Source of the DNA: an uncultured Steroidobacteraceae bacterium
GTDB lineage: Bacteria; Pseudomonadota; Gammaproteobacteria; Steroidobacterales; Steroidobacteraceae
Length of the DNA stretch: 64,000 bases
Direction: 5' to 3'
NCBI GenBank assembly: GCA_964658805.1
Contig: CAZZZU010000003.1
Coordinates: 5,482 to 69,481 of the forward strand
A program made the position numbers and the translations under genes. The notes under the pieces were generated by a model. The model was not told the origin of the DNA, made no database searches, and saw only the letters and a list, made by a program, of their open reading frames with translations. Positions 9,976 to 20,983 of this stretch are shown piece after piece (positions within the stretch are counted from its first letter, which is position 1; each line of letters starts with the position of its first letter).

Positions 9976-11043
9976 GTGTCGATTCCTCAAGATCAATTGC
10001 AGAACGTCAATGTGGCGTCCAGCGAGCTGCTGGCGACCCCGGAGGACGTGAAACGCCGGCTCCCCATGACGCAGCGGGCAACCGATACCGTGCACCGCGC
10101 CCGCGCGGCCCTGCGCGATATTCTGGCGCGTCGCGACCCGCGTCTGTTCGTCGTGGTAGGCCCATGTTCCATTCACGACATCAAGGCTGCGCATGAGTAC
10201 GCCGCGCGCCTGCAGGCGCTGGCGTCGCGCATCGAATCGACGATGCTCATCGTGATGCGCGTGTACTTCGAGAAACCGCGCACGACGACCGGATGGAAGG
10301 GATTGATCAACGATCCCGATCTCGACGATTCGTTTCACATTGAGAAAGGCATCCTGATGGCGCGCGAGCTGCTGCTGCACATTGCGGAGCTCGGCCTGGC
10401 CGCAGGCACCGAAGCGCTCGATCCCATCATGCCGCAATATCTATCCGAGCTGATCACCTGGACAGCCATCGGCGCGCGCACCACCGAGTCGCAAACCCAC
10501 CGCGAGATGGCAAGCGGCTTGTCGACGCCGGTCGGTTTCAAGAATGGCACCGATGGTTCGCTCGCAACGTCGATCAACGCCCTGCAGTCGGTGCGCCGCC
10601 CGCACCATTTTTTAGGGATCACGCAACAGGGTCTGTCGGCGGTGTTCCGCACGCGCGGTAACGAACACGCGCATATCGTGATGCGTGGCGGTGGTGGCCG
10701 CGGCAATTATGACGCCGTCAGCATCGCGCTCGCGGAGCGCGAACTCGCCGCCGCCGGGCTGCCTGCCAATATCGTCGTCGACTGCAGTCACGGCAACTCG
10801 AACAAGGATCCTGAACTGCAACCCCTGGTCGCGGAAAATTGCGTGACCCAGATCGAGGACGGAAATCGGTCGATCGTCGGCGTGATGCTGGAAAGTCATC
10901 TGAAGGCCGGCAGACAGCCCATTCCGAAGGATCTGAGTCAGTTAGAGTACGGCAAGTCGATCACGGATGGATGCATCGATTGGGCGACGACGGAGCGACT
11001 ATTGCTCAAGATGCACGAGTCATTGCGCGCGGTGAAACGCTGA
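9976..11043 (+). CDS. aroG: class I (AroF/G/H-type) 3-deoxy-7-phosphoheptulonate synthase; isozyme type not assignable
   Basis: RLFVVVGPCSIHD and KPRTTTGWKGLINDP motifs; 355 aa; GTG start. Confidence 0.9.
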   Translation: MSIPQDQLQNVNVASSELLATPEDVKRRLPMTQRATDTVHRARAALRDILARRDPRLFVVVGPCSIHDIKAAHEYAARLQALASRIESTMLIVMRVYFEKPRTTTGWKGLINDPDLDDSFHIEKGILMARELLLHIAELGLAAGTEALDPIMPQYLSELITWTAIGARTTESQTHREMASGLSTPVGFKNGTDGSLATSINALQSVRRPHHFLGITQQGLSAVFRTRGNEHAHIVMRGGGGRGNYDAVSIALAERELAAAGLPANIVVDCSHGNSNKDPELQPLVAENCVTQIEDGNRSIVGVMLESHLKAGRQPIPKDLSQLEYGKSITDGCIDWATTERLLLKMHESLRAVKR

Positions 11044-11656
11044 CGCGCGACGTCTTTTTTCGACCCTGCCAGATACGATAAACGAGCAGCAAGGCGACCG
11101 CGCAGGCATACATGAGCGGCGGCCGGATATCTTTTTTGACCAGCCACCAGTAATGCCAGACGCCGAGTCCGGCGATCACGTAGATCAACCGATGCAGCTG
11201 CGTCCAGCGGCTCTTGAGACGGCGCTGCGCTTTGGCCGTCGAGGTTACGGCCAGTGGCACCAGCATGAGTAACGCGGAGAAACCGATCGTGATGTAGGGG
11301 CGTTTTATGATGTCGTCCCAGAGACCGCGCAGATTGCCGCTTTGGTCGAGGAATAGATACACCGAGAAATGCAGCAGCGCATAAAAGAAGGCATACAGGC
11401 CGAGCATGCGGCGAAAGCGCAGCCAGAGAATCGAGCGCGTAAGATTGCGCAGCGGTGTCATGCACAGCGTGATGACGACGAAGCGCAAGGCCCACAACCC
11501 CGTGGTGTGCGTCATCAGTTTGACCGGGTCGGCGCCGAGGTCGATCCCCAACAACGGCGTCGTAGTGGTGGTGTTGTACGCGCCGATCAGAAGGTAGAGC
11601 GCCGGCAACAAGCAGGTGATGAACACCACCGGCTTGAGCCACTTGACGTAGGCCAT
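11006..11656 (-). CDS. msrQ: protein-methionine-sulfoxide reductase heme-binding subunit
   Basis: Start [18 protein letters not shown]; six-TM YedZ-like protein. The ATG shares one nt with the msrP stop. 3' end overlaps aroG by 38 nt (convergent). Confidence 0.88.
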   Translation of the reverse strand: MAYVKWLKPVVFITCLLPALYLLIGAYNTTTTTPLLGIDLGADPVKLMTHTTGLWALRFVVITLCMTPLRNLTRSILWLRFRRMLGLYAFFYALLHFSVYLFLDQSGNLRGLWDDIIKRPYITIGFSALLMLVPLAVTSTAKAQRRLKSRWTQLHRLIYVIAGLGVWHYWWLVKKDIRPPLMYACAVALLLVYRIWQGRKKTSRVSVSPRAMTRAS

Positions 11657-12615
11657 CAGAAAAATTTCCGCAGGTCCATGCCGGTATAGAGACTCGCGAC
11701 CTGCTCGGCGTAGCCATTGAACGGCAGCGTCGGGCGGCGTGAGTCGAACAGGCTGCCGCCGATGTGCCGTTCCGTTGCCTGGCTCCAGCGCGGATGATCC
11801 ACGGCCGGATTCACATTGGCATAGAAGCCGTATTCCGCCGGCGCGGATAAGGCCCACGTCGTGTCCGGCTGACGCTCCGAGAAATGTATGCCAACGATGG
11901 ACTTGATGTTCTTGAAGCCGTATTTCCAGGGCACGACCAGCCGCAACGGTGCGCCGTTCTGGTTGGGCAAAGTCTTGCCGTAGAGCCCCACCGCCAATAA
12001 TGTCAGCGGATGCATGGCTTCATCCATGCGCAGGCCTTCAGAATAGGGCCACTTCAGGATCGAGGTGCGTTCGCCCGGCATCTGCTTCGGGTCGTTGAGC
12101 GTCTTGAACTCGACGTACTTGGCCCGGTTTGTGGGCTTGAAGCGCTTGATCAGGTCGGCCAGAGGAAAGCCCACCCACGGGATCACCATCGACCAGGCTT
12201 CGACGCAGCGAAAACGATACACGCGCTCCTGCAACGGATGCGGCTTGAGGATGTCCTCGAGGGTGTAAGTGCCTTTGACTTCCGCTTCGCCCGAGACGGC
12301 CACATTCCATGGCTGCGTCTTGAATGCTTGCGCGTTCGCGGCGGGGTCGGACTTATCGGTGCCGAACTCGTAAAAATTATTATAGGTGCTGATGTCCTTG
12401 AATGAATTCGGCGCATCCTTGACGCTCAACTCGGCATTGCGAGTGAACTTAAGGTCGCCGCCGGCAGGCGCGTCGGCCGCCTCTGCGGTGCCGATGGAGT
12501 GCAGAGCGGCCAACCCGACGCTGCCCGCCAGCAGCGCACGCCGCGACATGAATTTGTCATACGGAGTGATTTCCGACGGGGCAATCGGCGCCCCTAAGAT
12601 TGAACGCTTGCGCAT
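11656..12615 (-). CDS. msrP: protein-methionine-sulfoxide reductase, molybdopterin catalytic subunit
   Basis: Twin-arginine signal ([15 protein letters not shown]); YedY core ([19 protein letters not shown]); 319 aa. Confidence 0.92.
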   Translation of the reverse strand: MRKRSILGAPIAPSEITPYDKFMSRRALLAGSVGLAALHSIGTAEAADAPAGGDLKFTRNAELSVKDAPNSFKDISTYNNFYEFGTDKSDPAANAQAFKTQPWNVAVSGEAEVKGTYTLEDILKPHPLQERVYRFRCVEAWSMVIPWVGFPLADLIKRFKPTNRAKYVEFKTLNDPKQMPGERTSILKWPYSEGLRMDEAMHPLTLLAVGLYGKTLPNQNGAPLRLVVPWKYGFKNIKSIVGIHFSERQPDTTWALSAPAEYGFYANVNPAVDHPRWSQATERHIGGSLFDSRRPTLPFNGYAEQVASLYTGMDLRKFF

Positions 12616-12670
12616 GGTATCTCTCGCTGTTGCATGTAATGAATGAGACCGGTGCTCCGGCCAGTTTGTT

Positions 12671-13339
12671 TCAAACCCATTCTGCCGACTCGATCCGCAT
12701 CGCTGCTGCCCGGATGCGCGTTTTGCGATCTGCGTTCACTAACAGGGCGCGTTCAGTCTGCTGCATGTGTTCAAGGTCGGACGCCGAATTTCCATAAGCG
12801 ACGAATTCGCACCCGGGGTAGCGGGATCGCAGTTCCGCAAGGCAATGTGTCTTTTCTGTGCCTCGCCGGTTGGGCGTCTTGAGGCTTCCCTCGAGCGTGT
12901 CTCCCTGCCAGGTGATCTCCGTGCAGACAGTATGCTCAAAGCCGAGCAGCAGGCCGATGCGGGGGACATATAGGTCCGGACTGGCAGAGAGCAAGACCAG
13001 CGTGTGGGCGGCTGCGCGGTGCGCGTCGAGGGCTGCCAACGCCTGTGCACGGAATCGACCGCCCGGGCGCAAGCCGGCCACGAATCGGTCAGCCCAGGCA
13101 TCGACAGCCACGCGGGACTCACCGCGCATCGCCATGCGGATCATTTGCGCCTTGAGACGGCCACGGTCGCGGTGGACGAGGTAGCGGAGCAGCTCCACGG
13201 GCGCCCGCCACAACTTCGGCCAGCGCCGCGGATGACGCGCGATAAAGCCGCTCAAAAACGGGAATAATGTGTCACGCCAAGTCAGGGTGCCGTCCAGATC
13301 GAACAGCGCGACGCAATTTCGTTGGGAACAAGTAGTAAT
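12671..13339 (-). CDS. HAD-IB family hydrolase (SerB-like); 5' end uncertain
   Basis: Only the C-terminal ~215 codons of the 479-aa ORF look real: FDLDGTL (motif I), [20 protein letters not shown]. No ATG/GTG/TTG lies between motif I and about 45 codons upstream. 13339 is an in-frame ATT. Confidence 0.7.
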   Translation of the reverse strand: MTTCSQRNCVALFDLDGTLTWRDTLFPFLSGFIARHPRRWPKLWRAPVELLRYLVHRDRGRLKAQMIRMAMRGESRVAVDAWADRFVAGLRPGGRFRAQALAALDAHRAAAHTLVLLSASPDLYVPRIGLLLGFEHTVCTEITWQGDTLEGSLKTPNRRGTEKTHCLAELRSRYPGCEFVAYGNSASDLEHMQQTERALLVNADRKTRIRAAAMRIESAEWV

Positions 13340-14362
13340 GCCGGCAGTATACCGGGAACGGCGCTGCGGCCGGACGGCAAGCCTGCGTCCGTAGCGATCG
13401 TGGGCGCCGGTGCGATCGGCGGGTGGATCGCCGATGCTTTGCAGCACGCCGGATGGCCTGTTTCGCTGCTGGCGCGTGGCACGACGCTGGAGCGACTGCG
13501 GGCCGACGGGCTGCTCATCGAGGTGGACGGCGTCGCACGCTGCAGCCGACCGCGCACGGGCAGCGCGATGGACCTCGGGCCGCATGACGTGGTCGTGCTC
13601 GCCCTCAAGGCGCACTGCCTGCCGGCGCTCGCACCCACCCTCGCGCCGCTGGTGGGCCCGTCTACCACCGTCGTCAGCGCTACCAATGGCATTCCATGGT
13701 GGTTCTTTCATGGGTTCGCAGGTCCGTTGTGCGACACATCGTTGCAGTCGGTAGACCCGGGTCAGATACAAAGCCACGCGTTCCCTAAAGGGGCCGCGCT
13801 CGGCGCAGTCGTGCATGCGTCGGTACAAGTTTTGGCGCCGGCGCACTTGCGCGTGGTGGCCGCCGACCGGCTGGTGATTGGCGAACCGGATGGCAGCGAC
13901 TCCGCGCGGGTGGCGCAGCTCCTGGCGGGACTGCGTGCGGGCGGCATCAATGCCGTTGCCTCGACGTGTATTCGTCAGGAGGTGTGGGCCAAGCTCTGGG
14001 GCAACATGAATATGAATCCGCTCAGTGCGCTGACCCGTGCCAGCACCGGCACGATGCTCGACGATAGAGAGATTCAAACGCTGTGCATTCGAATGATGGA
14101 GGAGATGCAATGCTGCGGCGAGCAGTTAGGACTCGAGGTGGGCATGTCGCCGCTGGAACGAATCGGCATCACGCGCCGCCTCGGGAACTTCAAGACATCG
14201 ATGCTGGTCGATCTTGAGGCGGGACGGCCGCTCGAACTCGAGCCGCAGCTGGGTGCCGTCGTTGAAATCGCCACACGCCTCGATATTGCGGCGCCGTTTT
14301 GCCGTGCTGTGTTGGGCCTTGCGCGGCTCATCGATCGAGCGCGCCTGCCGGGAAACAATTAG
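13322..14362 (+). CDS. panE: 2-dehydropantoate 2-reductase
   Basis: Rossmann strand VAIVGAGAIGG; ApbA/PanE-type C-terminal domain (NMNMNPLSALT). The only classical in-frame start upstream of the Rossmann strand is TTG 13322. Confidence 0.85.
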   Translation: MGTSSNAGSIPGTALRPDGKPASVAIVGAGAIGGWIADALQHAGWPVSLLARGTTLERLRADGLLIEVDGVARCSRPRTGSAMDLGPHDVVVLALKAHCLPALAPTLAPLVGPSTTVVSATNGIPWWFFHGFAGPLCDTSLQSVDPGQIQSHAFPKGAALGAVVHASVQVLAPAHLRVVAADRLVIGEPDGSDSARVAQLLAGLRAGGINAVASTCIRQEVWAKLWGNMNMNPLSALTRASTGTMLDDREIQTLCIRMMEEMQCCGEQLGLEVGMSPLERIGITRRLGNFKTSMLVDLEAGRPLELEPQLGAVVEIATRLDIAAPFCRAVLGLARLIDRARLPGNN

Positions 14363-14396
14363 AATTGCGCGTTTGGCGTCGGCCATCGGAGTTGCG

Positions 14397-15794
14397 ATGC
14401 GGGTAGGACAAGGTTGGGTGGCTTTGACGTTGCTGGCGTCGCTGTGCGCAGCCGACGTCGAGGCGTCGGCCGCTCCGGCGCGTGGACGTGCCGCGGCGCA
14501 GAAAACCGGTGAATTCATGCACGTCCGGACCCTGGGGGGAATCGACGAGTACCGTCTCGAGGATAATGGCTTGACGGTATTACTCGCGCCTGATCACTCT
14601 GCTCCGGTCGTGACCTTCGAGGTGACGTATCAAGTGGGCTCGCGCAACGAGGTGACCGGTACCACCGGCGCGACGCATATTCTCGAGCACATGATGTTCA
14701 AGGGCAGCGACGGTTTCAACGATGCGCGCGGCAACAGCGTCAAACAGATGCTCGAGCGGGTGGGCGGGATCTTCAACGCCTCGACCGGCGCTGATCGCAC
14801 CAATTACTTTGCGACCATCGGCAAGGACAGCCTGGAGGGCTACGTCGCCATCGAAGCGGATCGCATGCGCCATCTTTGGTTGCACGACGAGGATCGACAG
14901 GCCGAGATGACCGTGGTCCGCAACGAATATGAGCGTGGCAAGAGCGACCCGGAAAACGTGCTCGTGGAGGAGGTGAGCGCGGCGGCGTACGTGGCGTTGC
15001 CTTATCACCACCCGACCATCGGTTGGCGCAGCGACATCGAACACGTCCCCACACCCAAGCTGCAGGAATTTTACTCGACCTTTTATTGGCCAAACAACGC
15101 CGTCGTGACGGTCGTCGGCGACTTCGACACGGCTTCTACGCTGGCTTTGATCAAGAAATACTACGGCGTCTATCCGCGCTCTCCCGCGTCCATCCCCATG
15201 ATCTACACCGAGGAGCCGGCACAGACTGGTGAACGGCGTGTGGTCGTCAGGAAGCCGGGCGAATTGGGTTCGGTGATCATCGCGCACAAAGTGCCGAACG
15301 GTCGTGATGCCGATCAGCCGGCCCTGGAGATGCTCGATGCCGTTTTGAGTTCGGGCAAGAACGCGCGCCTCTACAAGGCGCTGGTCGACAAGGGTCTGGC
15401 GTTGAGTGCCGGCGCCGATACCGAGATACGCCATGATTTGTCGCTGCACACTCTGTTTGCGGGGCTTGCGCCGGGCGCAACCCACGAGCAGGTCGAGCAG
15501 GCATTGTGGCTGGAACTCGAAAAAATCAAGAAGCAGGGTGTCACCGAAGCCGAGGTGGCCAGCGTCAAGCAGCAGTCCACTGCACAGGATGCCTATAAGC
15601 GCGACGGCACCGCGGCGATCGCCAGCGAGATCAGCGAATGGGTCGGCATCGGCGACTGGACGCAGTACGTCACCTTTCCGGAAAAGATCCAGCAGATCAC
15701 CCCCGCCGACGTACAGCGCGTGGCGCAGAAATATTTCGACAAGGATCAGGCGACGACCGGCTGGTTTGTGCCGCTCACGGAGAAAGGGTCATGA
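14397..15794 (+). CDS. M16 (pitrilysin-family) zinc peptidase, catalytic subunit, secreted
   Basis: Signal peptide from ATG 14397 (MRVGQGWVALTLLASLCAADVEA); inverted zinc motif HILEHMMFKG. Confidence 0.9.
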   Translation: MRVGQGWVALTLLASLCAADVEASAAPARGRAAAQKTGEFMHVRTLGGIDEYRLEDNGLTVLLAPDHSAPVVTFEVTYQVGSRNEVTGTTGATHILEHMMFKGSDGFNDARGNSVKQMLERVGGIFNASTGADRTNYFATIGKDSLEGYVAIEADRMRHLWLHDEDRQAEMTVVRNEYERGKSDPENVLVEEVSAAAYVALPYHHPTIGWRSDIEHVPTPKLQEFYSTFYWPNNAVVTVVGDFDTASTLALIKKYYGVYPRSPASIPMIYTEEPAQTGERRVVVRKPGELGSVIIAHKVPNGRDADQPALEMLDAVLSSGKNARLYKALVDKGLALSAGADTEIRHDLSLHTLFAGLAPGATHEQVEQALWLELEKIKKQGVTEAEVASVKQQSTAQDAYKRDGTAAIASEISEWVGIGDWTQYVTFPEKIQQITPADVQRVAQKYFDKDQATTGWFVPLTEKGS

Positions 15795-17110
15795 TGCGCC
15801 TCCTCGTTCTGGTCGCCATGCTCTGCTGCGTGGGCATCGCCCAAGCCGACATGGCTGAACAGGCCCACCGGTCCAAACCTGCTGGGATCGATCTCATTAC
15901 TTACCAGACTCGCGTGAAAGACGTCGTCGTCATCCTGGCGACCCTGCCCGCGGGCGACGCCATGGCGAGCGGCAACGTGGCGGTCCCGACCTTGTCCGGC
16001 ATGATGCTCGATCGTGGTACCAAGAAAGAAGACAAGTTTGCCATCGCCGAAAAGCTGAACAACGTGGGCGCCGAGATTGGCTTCGAGACCGGGCCGCAGT
16101 CGCTCGAGATACATGCCAAGTGTCTGCGCAAGGATTTGCCGTTGGTGCTGGGCTTAATTGCCGACGAGCTGCGAATTCCCGCGCTCTCCTCGGCAGAATT
16201 CGGCAAAGCGCAGCAGCAATTTCTCGGTGCGCTGCAGGCGTCCGCACAGAACCTGGGCGCGCGGGCGCGCGAGGCATTCGATCGCACCATCTACCCGGTG
16301 GGCCATCCCAACCGGCCCCACAGCCTCGAAGAATATGAAACGGCAGCCCAGAGTGCCGCGCTCGATGAGGTCAAGACTTTCCAGAAGAAGTACTACGGTC
16401 CCGCGCACATGACCATGGTGGTGGCCGGCGATGTGGGCGACAGCGAGACGCAGGCCATTGTCACCACGGCGTTCTCGGGCTGGAGTGGCGGCTCGGACTA
16501 CATCCGTCCGGCGCAGCGCGCAGTCGCGACGAGTGCGCGCGACGTGTCAGTAGTCCTCAAGGACAAGCCGAGTGTCACCATGATCCTCGGACAGCCGACG
16601 GGCCTCGTATATCGCGATCCCGATGCGCTCGCTTTGCGGGTGGGCACGGCCATTCTCGGCCGCGGCTTCACCGGCCGCTTGATGCACACCGTGCGCGACA
16701 AGGAAGGCTTGACCTACGGCATCAGCGCGGAGGTGGCGGGCGACAGCGTGGCAGATGGCGAATGGGAAATCGCGGCAAGCTTCGCGCCCGCATTGCTCGA
16801 CAAGGGCATCGCCTCCACGCGCCGCGAACTCGCCACCTGGTGGCAGGATGGCGTTACCGAGCAGGAGTTGAATTCACGCAAGCAGGGCATCATCGGTGCC
16901 TATCAAGTCGGCCTCTCGACCACCGGTGGCCTGGCAACCCAGATCTTGATCAACGCGCAGCGGGGCTTCGATGTCACCTGGCTGGACGAGTATCCGAAGG
17001 CGGTGCAGGCGCTCACCCGCGAGCAGGTGAACGCCGCCATCAAGGGGCACTTGAACCCCACTGACATGGTGCTGGTGAAGGCGGGCAGCGTCGCGCCCAG
17101 CCCGCACTAG
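15791..17110 (+). CDS. M16-family peptidase, non-catalytic partner subunit, secreted
   Basis: Signal peptide [20 protein letters not shown]16 fold without HxxEH. ATG overlaps the upstream stop (ATGATG/ATGA). Confidence 0.85.
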   Translation: MMRLLVLVAMLCCVGIAQADMAEQAHRSKPAGIDLITYQTRVKDVVVILATLPAGDAMASGNVAVPTLSGMMLDRGTKKEDKFAIAEKLNNVGAEIGFETGPQSLEIHAKCLRKDLPLVLGLIADELRIPALSSAEFGKAQQQFLGALQASAQNLGARAREAFDRTIYPVGHPNRPHSLEEYETAAQSAALDEVKTFQKKYYGPAHMTMVVAGDVGDSETQAIVTTAFSGWSGGSDYIRPAQRAVATSARDVSVVLKDKPSVTMILGQPTGLVYRDPDALALRVGTAILGRGFTGRLMHTVRDKEGLTYGISAEVAGDSVADGEWEIAASFAPALLDKGIASTRRELATWWQDGVTEQELNSRKQGIIGAYQVGLSTTGGLATQILINAQRGFDVTWLDEYPKAVQALTREQVNAAIKGHLNPTDMVLVKAGSVAPSPH

Positions 17111-17114
17111 ACTG

Positions 17115-19808
17115 TCAGGCCGCCTTGCCCGAGGCGGCGAGTTGCCGCAGCACGTATTGCAGTATGCCGCCGTGCTGGTAGTACTCGAGCTCCTTGGGTG
17201 TGTCGATACGCAAACGGACTTCGAAGTCGGTCAAGCCGCCGTCGTCGCGACTCGCAAGGACTCTGACCAGTCTGGCGGCGCCGCGATTCAGGCCAACGAC
17301 TTCGAACCGTTCCTTGCCGGAAAGATTCAGGCTCGCAGCGTTCTCGCCTTCCTTGAACTGCAGCGGCAGAACGCCCATGCCGATCAGATTGGAGCGGTGG
17401 ATGCGTTCGAAGCTCTCGGCAATGACGGCTTTTACGCCGAGCAACATGGTGCCCTTGGCGGCCCAGTCGCGTGAACTGCCGGTGCCGTACTCTTTGCCGG
17501 CCAGGATCACCAGCGGCGTGCCTTCGGTCTTGTACTTCACCGACGCGTCGAAGATCGACATCGGCTCGCCGCTCGGTAGGTGCACCGTCACGCCGCCCTC
17601 TGTGCCAGGGGCCAACAGATTCCGCAGTCGGATATTCGCAAACGTACCGCGCATCATGACTTCATGGTTGCCGCGTCGCGCGCCGTAGGAGTTGAAGTCC
17701 ACGGCCTGCACGCCCTCGGCCATCAGATAGCGGGCAGCCGGGCTCGACTTCGAGATGTTGCCCGCAGGAGATATGTGATCGGTGGTGACTGAATCACCCA
17801 AGACGGCCAGCGCCCGCGCGCCCTTGAGGTCACCCACCGGCGCCGGCGTCATGCTCATGCCGTCAAAGTAGGGCGGGTTCTTCACGTAGGTCGACTTGGC
17901 ATCCCAAGAGTAGATCTTGCCGGCCGGCGTGTTGATCGCGATCCAGTTGGCATCGCCGGTGAAGACGTTGGCGTAGCCCTTGATGAACATCGCGGCGTCT
18001 ACCGACGCTGCGACGGCTGCCGCCACATCCTTGGCGCTTGGCCAAATGTCCTTGAGATAGACCGGCTTGCCGTCCGCGCCGGCGCCCAACGGCGCAGTCG
18101 TGATGTCGACATTCAAGTTGCCTGCGAGCGCGTACGCCACCACCAGCGGCGGCGATGCCAGGAAGTTCATCTTGATTTCAGGGTGCACCCGACCTTCGAA
18201 ATTGCGGTTGCCGGACAACACCGAGCAGGCGACCACGTCACCCGCTCTGACCGCCTCGGTAATCTCGGGCTTCAGCGGGCCCGAGTTTCCAATGCACGTA
18301 GTACATCCGTAACCCACGGTGTAGAAGCCGAGCGCTTCGAGATCGGCGAGCAAGCCGGCCTTCTGCAGGTATTCGGTGACGACGCGTGAACCCGGTGCAA
18401 GCGATGTCTTGACCCAGGGTTTCGATTTCAAGCCGCGCGCTCGGGCATTGCGCGCCAGCAAGCCTGCCGCAACCAACACGGCGGGATTCGACGTATTCGT
18501 GCAACTCGTGATGGCAGCAATCAGAACGGCGCCATCGGCTACGTCGAATTGCTCGCTGCCGACCACGGCGGAGCCCACGCCCTTCGCTTGCGGGTTTTTC
18601 TGGGTGCGCTCCTCGGCCATCTTCTTCAGGCTCGATTCGAATACGCGCTTGGCGTTATGCAGCGGCACACGGTCTTGCGGACGTTTCGGTCCGGCGAGCG
18701 ACGGTTCGACGGTCGACAGATCCAATTCCAGTACGTCCGTATAGTCCGCCGCGGGTGCGCCATTTACGCGCCATAGGCCCTGTGCCTTGGCATACGCCTC
18801 AACCAGCAAGATTTGCTCGACCGGCCGGCCCGTCAGTTCGAGATAGCGAATCGTTTCTTCATCGATCGGAAAAATCGCGCAGGTCGAACCAAACTCAGGC
18901 GACATATTCGCGATGGTGGCGCGATCTGCGAGCGGCAGGCCTTTGAGACCGTCACCGAAGAATTCCACGAACTTGTCCACCACCCCCTTCTTGCGCAGCA
19001 TCTCCGTAACCGTCAGCACGAGATCGGTGGCCGTTGTGCCGGCAGGTAATGCTCCGCTGAGTTTGAAACCAATGACCTGTGGAATCAGCATGGTGACCGG
19101 CTGACCCAGCATCGCAGCCTCGGCTTCGATGCCGCCTACGCCCCATCCCAATACGCCGAGTCCGTTGACCATGGTGGTATGCGAGTCCGTGCCAACCAGC
19201 GTATCGGGATAGGCCAACTTGCCGCCTGCAACGTCGTCTGCGAAAACCACACGCGCCAGACGCTCTATGTTGACCTGATGCACGATGCCGGTGTTCGGCG
19301 GGACGACCTTGAAATTACTGAAAGCGGTCTGACCCCAACGCAGGAATGCATAGCGCTCACCGTTGCGGCTGAATTCAATTTCGTTGTTGTGCTTGAGCGA
19401 ATCGGCAGTGCCATATTCGTCCACCTGCACCGAGTGATCGATGACCAACTCGGCGGGCGCGAGCGGGTTCACTTTTTGCGGGTCGCCGCCGAGTTTGACG
19501 ATGGCCTCGCGCATGGCTGCGAGATCGACCACGCATGGCACACCCGTGAAGTCCTGCATGATGACGCGCGCGGGCGTAAACGCGATTTCGTAACTCGGTG
19601 CCGCCTTGGCATCCCATTGCAACAACGCTTCGATATCTTTCTGCGTGACGTTCACGCCGTCCTCGAAGCGCAGCAGATTTTCGAGCAATATTTTCAGGGA
19701 GAACGGCAGTCGCTCCACATTCCGCGACTGCAGCGCTGCAAGACTGAGGATTTCGTAACTTTGCGCACCGACGTTGAGTGTGGTGCGCGCCTGAAAGCTG
19801 TCAGTCAT
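17115..19808 (-). CDS. acnA: aconitate hydratase A
   Basis: About 897 aa from [14 protein letters not shown]. Fe-S ligand contexts TSCTNTSNP and [12 protein letters not shown]. Confidence 0.95.
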   Translation of the reverse strand: MTDSFQARTTLNVGAQSYEILSLAALQSRNVERLPFSLKILLENLLRFEDGVNVTQKDIEALLQWDAKAAPSYEIAFTPARVIMQDFTGVPCVVDLAAMREAIVKLGGDPQKVNPLAPAELVIDHSVQVDEYGTADSLKHNNEIEFSRNGERYAFLRWGQTAFSNFKVVPPNTGIVHQVNIERLARVVFADDVAGGKLAYPDTLVGTDSHTTMVNGLGVLGWGVGGIEAEAAMLGQPVTMLIPQVIGFKLSGALPAGTTATDLVLTVTEMLRKKGVVDKFVEFFGDGLKGLPLADRATIANMSPEFGSTCAIFPIDEETIRYLELTGRPVEQILLVEAYAKAQGLWRVNGAPAADYTDVLELDLSTVEPSLAGPKRPQDRVPLHNAKRVFESSLKKMAEERTQKNPQAKGVGSAVVGSEQFDVADGAVLIAAITSCTNTSNPAVLVAAGLLARNARARGLKSKPWVKTSLAPGSRVVTEYLQKAGLLADLEALGFYTVGYGCTTCIGNSGPLKPEITEAVRAGDVVACSVLSGNRNFEGRVHPEIKMNFLASPPLVVAYALAGNLNVDITTAPLGAGADGKPVYLKDIWPSAKDVAAAVAASVDAAMFIKGYANVFTGDANWIAINTPAGKIYSWDAKSTYVKNPPYFDGMSMTPAPVGDLKGARALAVLGDSVTTDHISPAGNISKSSPAARYLMAEGVQAVDFNSYGARRGNHEVMMRGTFANIRLRNLLAPGTEGGVTVHLPSGEPMSIFDASVKYKTEGTPLVILAGKEYGTGSSRDWAAKGTMLLGVKAVIAESFERIHRSNLIGMGVLPLQFKEGENAASLNLSGKERFEVVGLNRGAARLVRVLASRDDGGLTDFEVRLRIDTPKELEYYQHGGILQYVLRQLAASGKAA

Positions 19809-20944
19809 GTCCCCTCCAAAGATAATTCCGCATTGTAGTTGATTGCATTCCGGTGATGCGCAATGATCCCGCCGCCCAAGCATTGGTCAGCGCGATAAAA
19901 CACGGCGTACTGGCCTGGCGTGATGGCGCGCGCCGGCCGGTCGAGTGATACACGCCAACCGCGCGGTGCGCGTCGTACGAAGCAGGGCAGATCGGCCTGC
20001 CGGTAGCGCGTCTTGACGGTGCATGCGAATCCCTCGCCTGACGCGCTGTCATCCAGCCACTGCACATCCTCGACGTCGAAGGAACCGGACAACAGCAGCG
20101 GATGATCCTGCGACTGTACGACAACGAGCGCGTTGCGCTCGCGCTGCTTGTCAGCGACGTACCAGGGTGCCGCGGCGCTGCCGATACGTCCGCCCACCTT
20201 GATACCGGAGCGCTGCCCCAGCGTGTAATGAAAGAGGCCGCGGTGCTCGCCAAGCACCCGGCCGTCGTCCGTTTCTATGGGTCCCGGGGCAGCCTGCAGG
20301 TAACGGCTCAGGAATTCCTGGAAAGGCCGTTCACCGACGAAGCAGATCCCGGTGCTGTCAGGTTTGTCAAAAACCGGCAAGCCGGCGCTGTGCGCCAGCG
20401 TACGCACCGCGGCCTTGCGCATCGAACCGATAGGGAAGAGGGTGCGCGCCAGGGCCGCACGCCGGACCCCGTGCAGGAAGTAGCTCTGGTCCTTGGCCGG
20501 GTCGAGGCCTTTCAACAAGCGCGGGCCGTCTGCGGCGTGCTGCACGCGCGCGTAATGGCCGGTCGCGACCCAGGCCGCGCCAAGCCGCTGCATGTAATCA
20601 AGACAGACACCGAACTTGATCTCGCGATTGCACAGCACATCAGGATTCGGCGTGCGACCGGCCGCATACTCCCGCAAGAAATGCGCAAACACCTTGTCGC
20701 GATAATCGTTCGCAAAACTGACACGATGCAGTGGGATGCCTAGCACCTCGCAGGTGCGTCGAGCGTCCTGAAAGTCTTCGGCAGCGGTACAGTACGTGTC
20801 GTCCTCGTCCCAGTTCGACATGAACAGGCCCTGGACCGCGAATCCAGCATCACGCAACAACAAGGCGGCGACGGCAGAATCGACTCCGCCCGACATGCCG
20901 ACGATTACAGTTCCAGCAGTCTGGGGGTTCGGCAGCGCATCCAT
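19805..20944 (-). CDS. mnmA: tRNA 2-thiouridine(34) synthase
   Basis: PP-loop [13 protein letters not shown]; 379 aa. Its stop overlaps the acnA start (ATGA). Confidence 0.93.
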   Translation of the reverse strand: MDALPNPQTAGTVIVGMSGGVDSAVAALLLRDAGFAVQGLFMSNWDEDDTYCTAAEDFQDARRTCEVLGIPLHRVSFANDYRDKVFAHFLREYAAGRTPNPDVLCNREIKFGVCLDYMQRLGAAWVATGHYARVQHAADGPRLLKGLDPAKDQSYFLHGVRRAALARTLFPIGSMRKAAVRTLAHSAGLPVFDKPDSTGICFVGERPFQEFLSRYLQAAPGPIETDDGRVLGEHRGLFHYTLGQRSGIKVGGRIGSAAAPWYVADKQRERNALVVVQSQDHPLLLSGSFDVEDVQWLDDSASGEGFACTVKTRYRQADLPCFVRRAPRGWRVSLDRPARAITPGQYAVFYRADQCLGGGIIAHHRNAINYNAELSLEGT

Positions 20945-20983
20945 GGCGCCGCATTATACGGGCGCAGCGCGGCCAGCCGAAGA

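Noticed and set aside
13340-14110. N-terminal ~257 codons of the 479-aa minus-strand ORF 12671-14110.
   Set aside because: This part is antisense to panE and has junk-like composition (runs of R, A, H, Q). Only the C-terminal HAD domain is credible.
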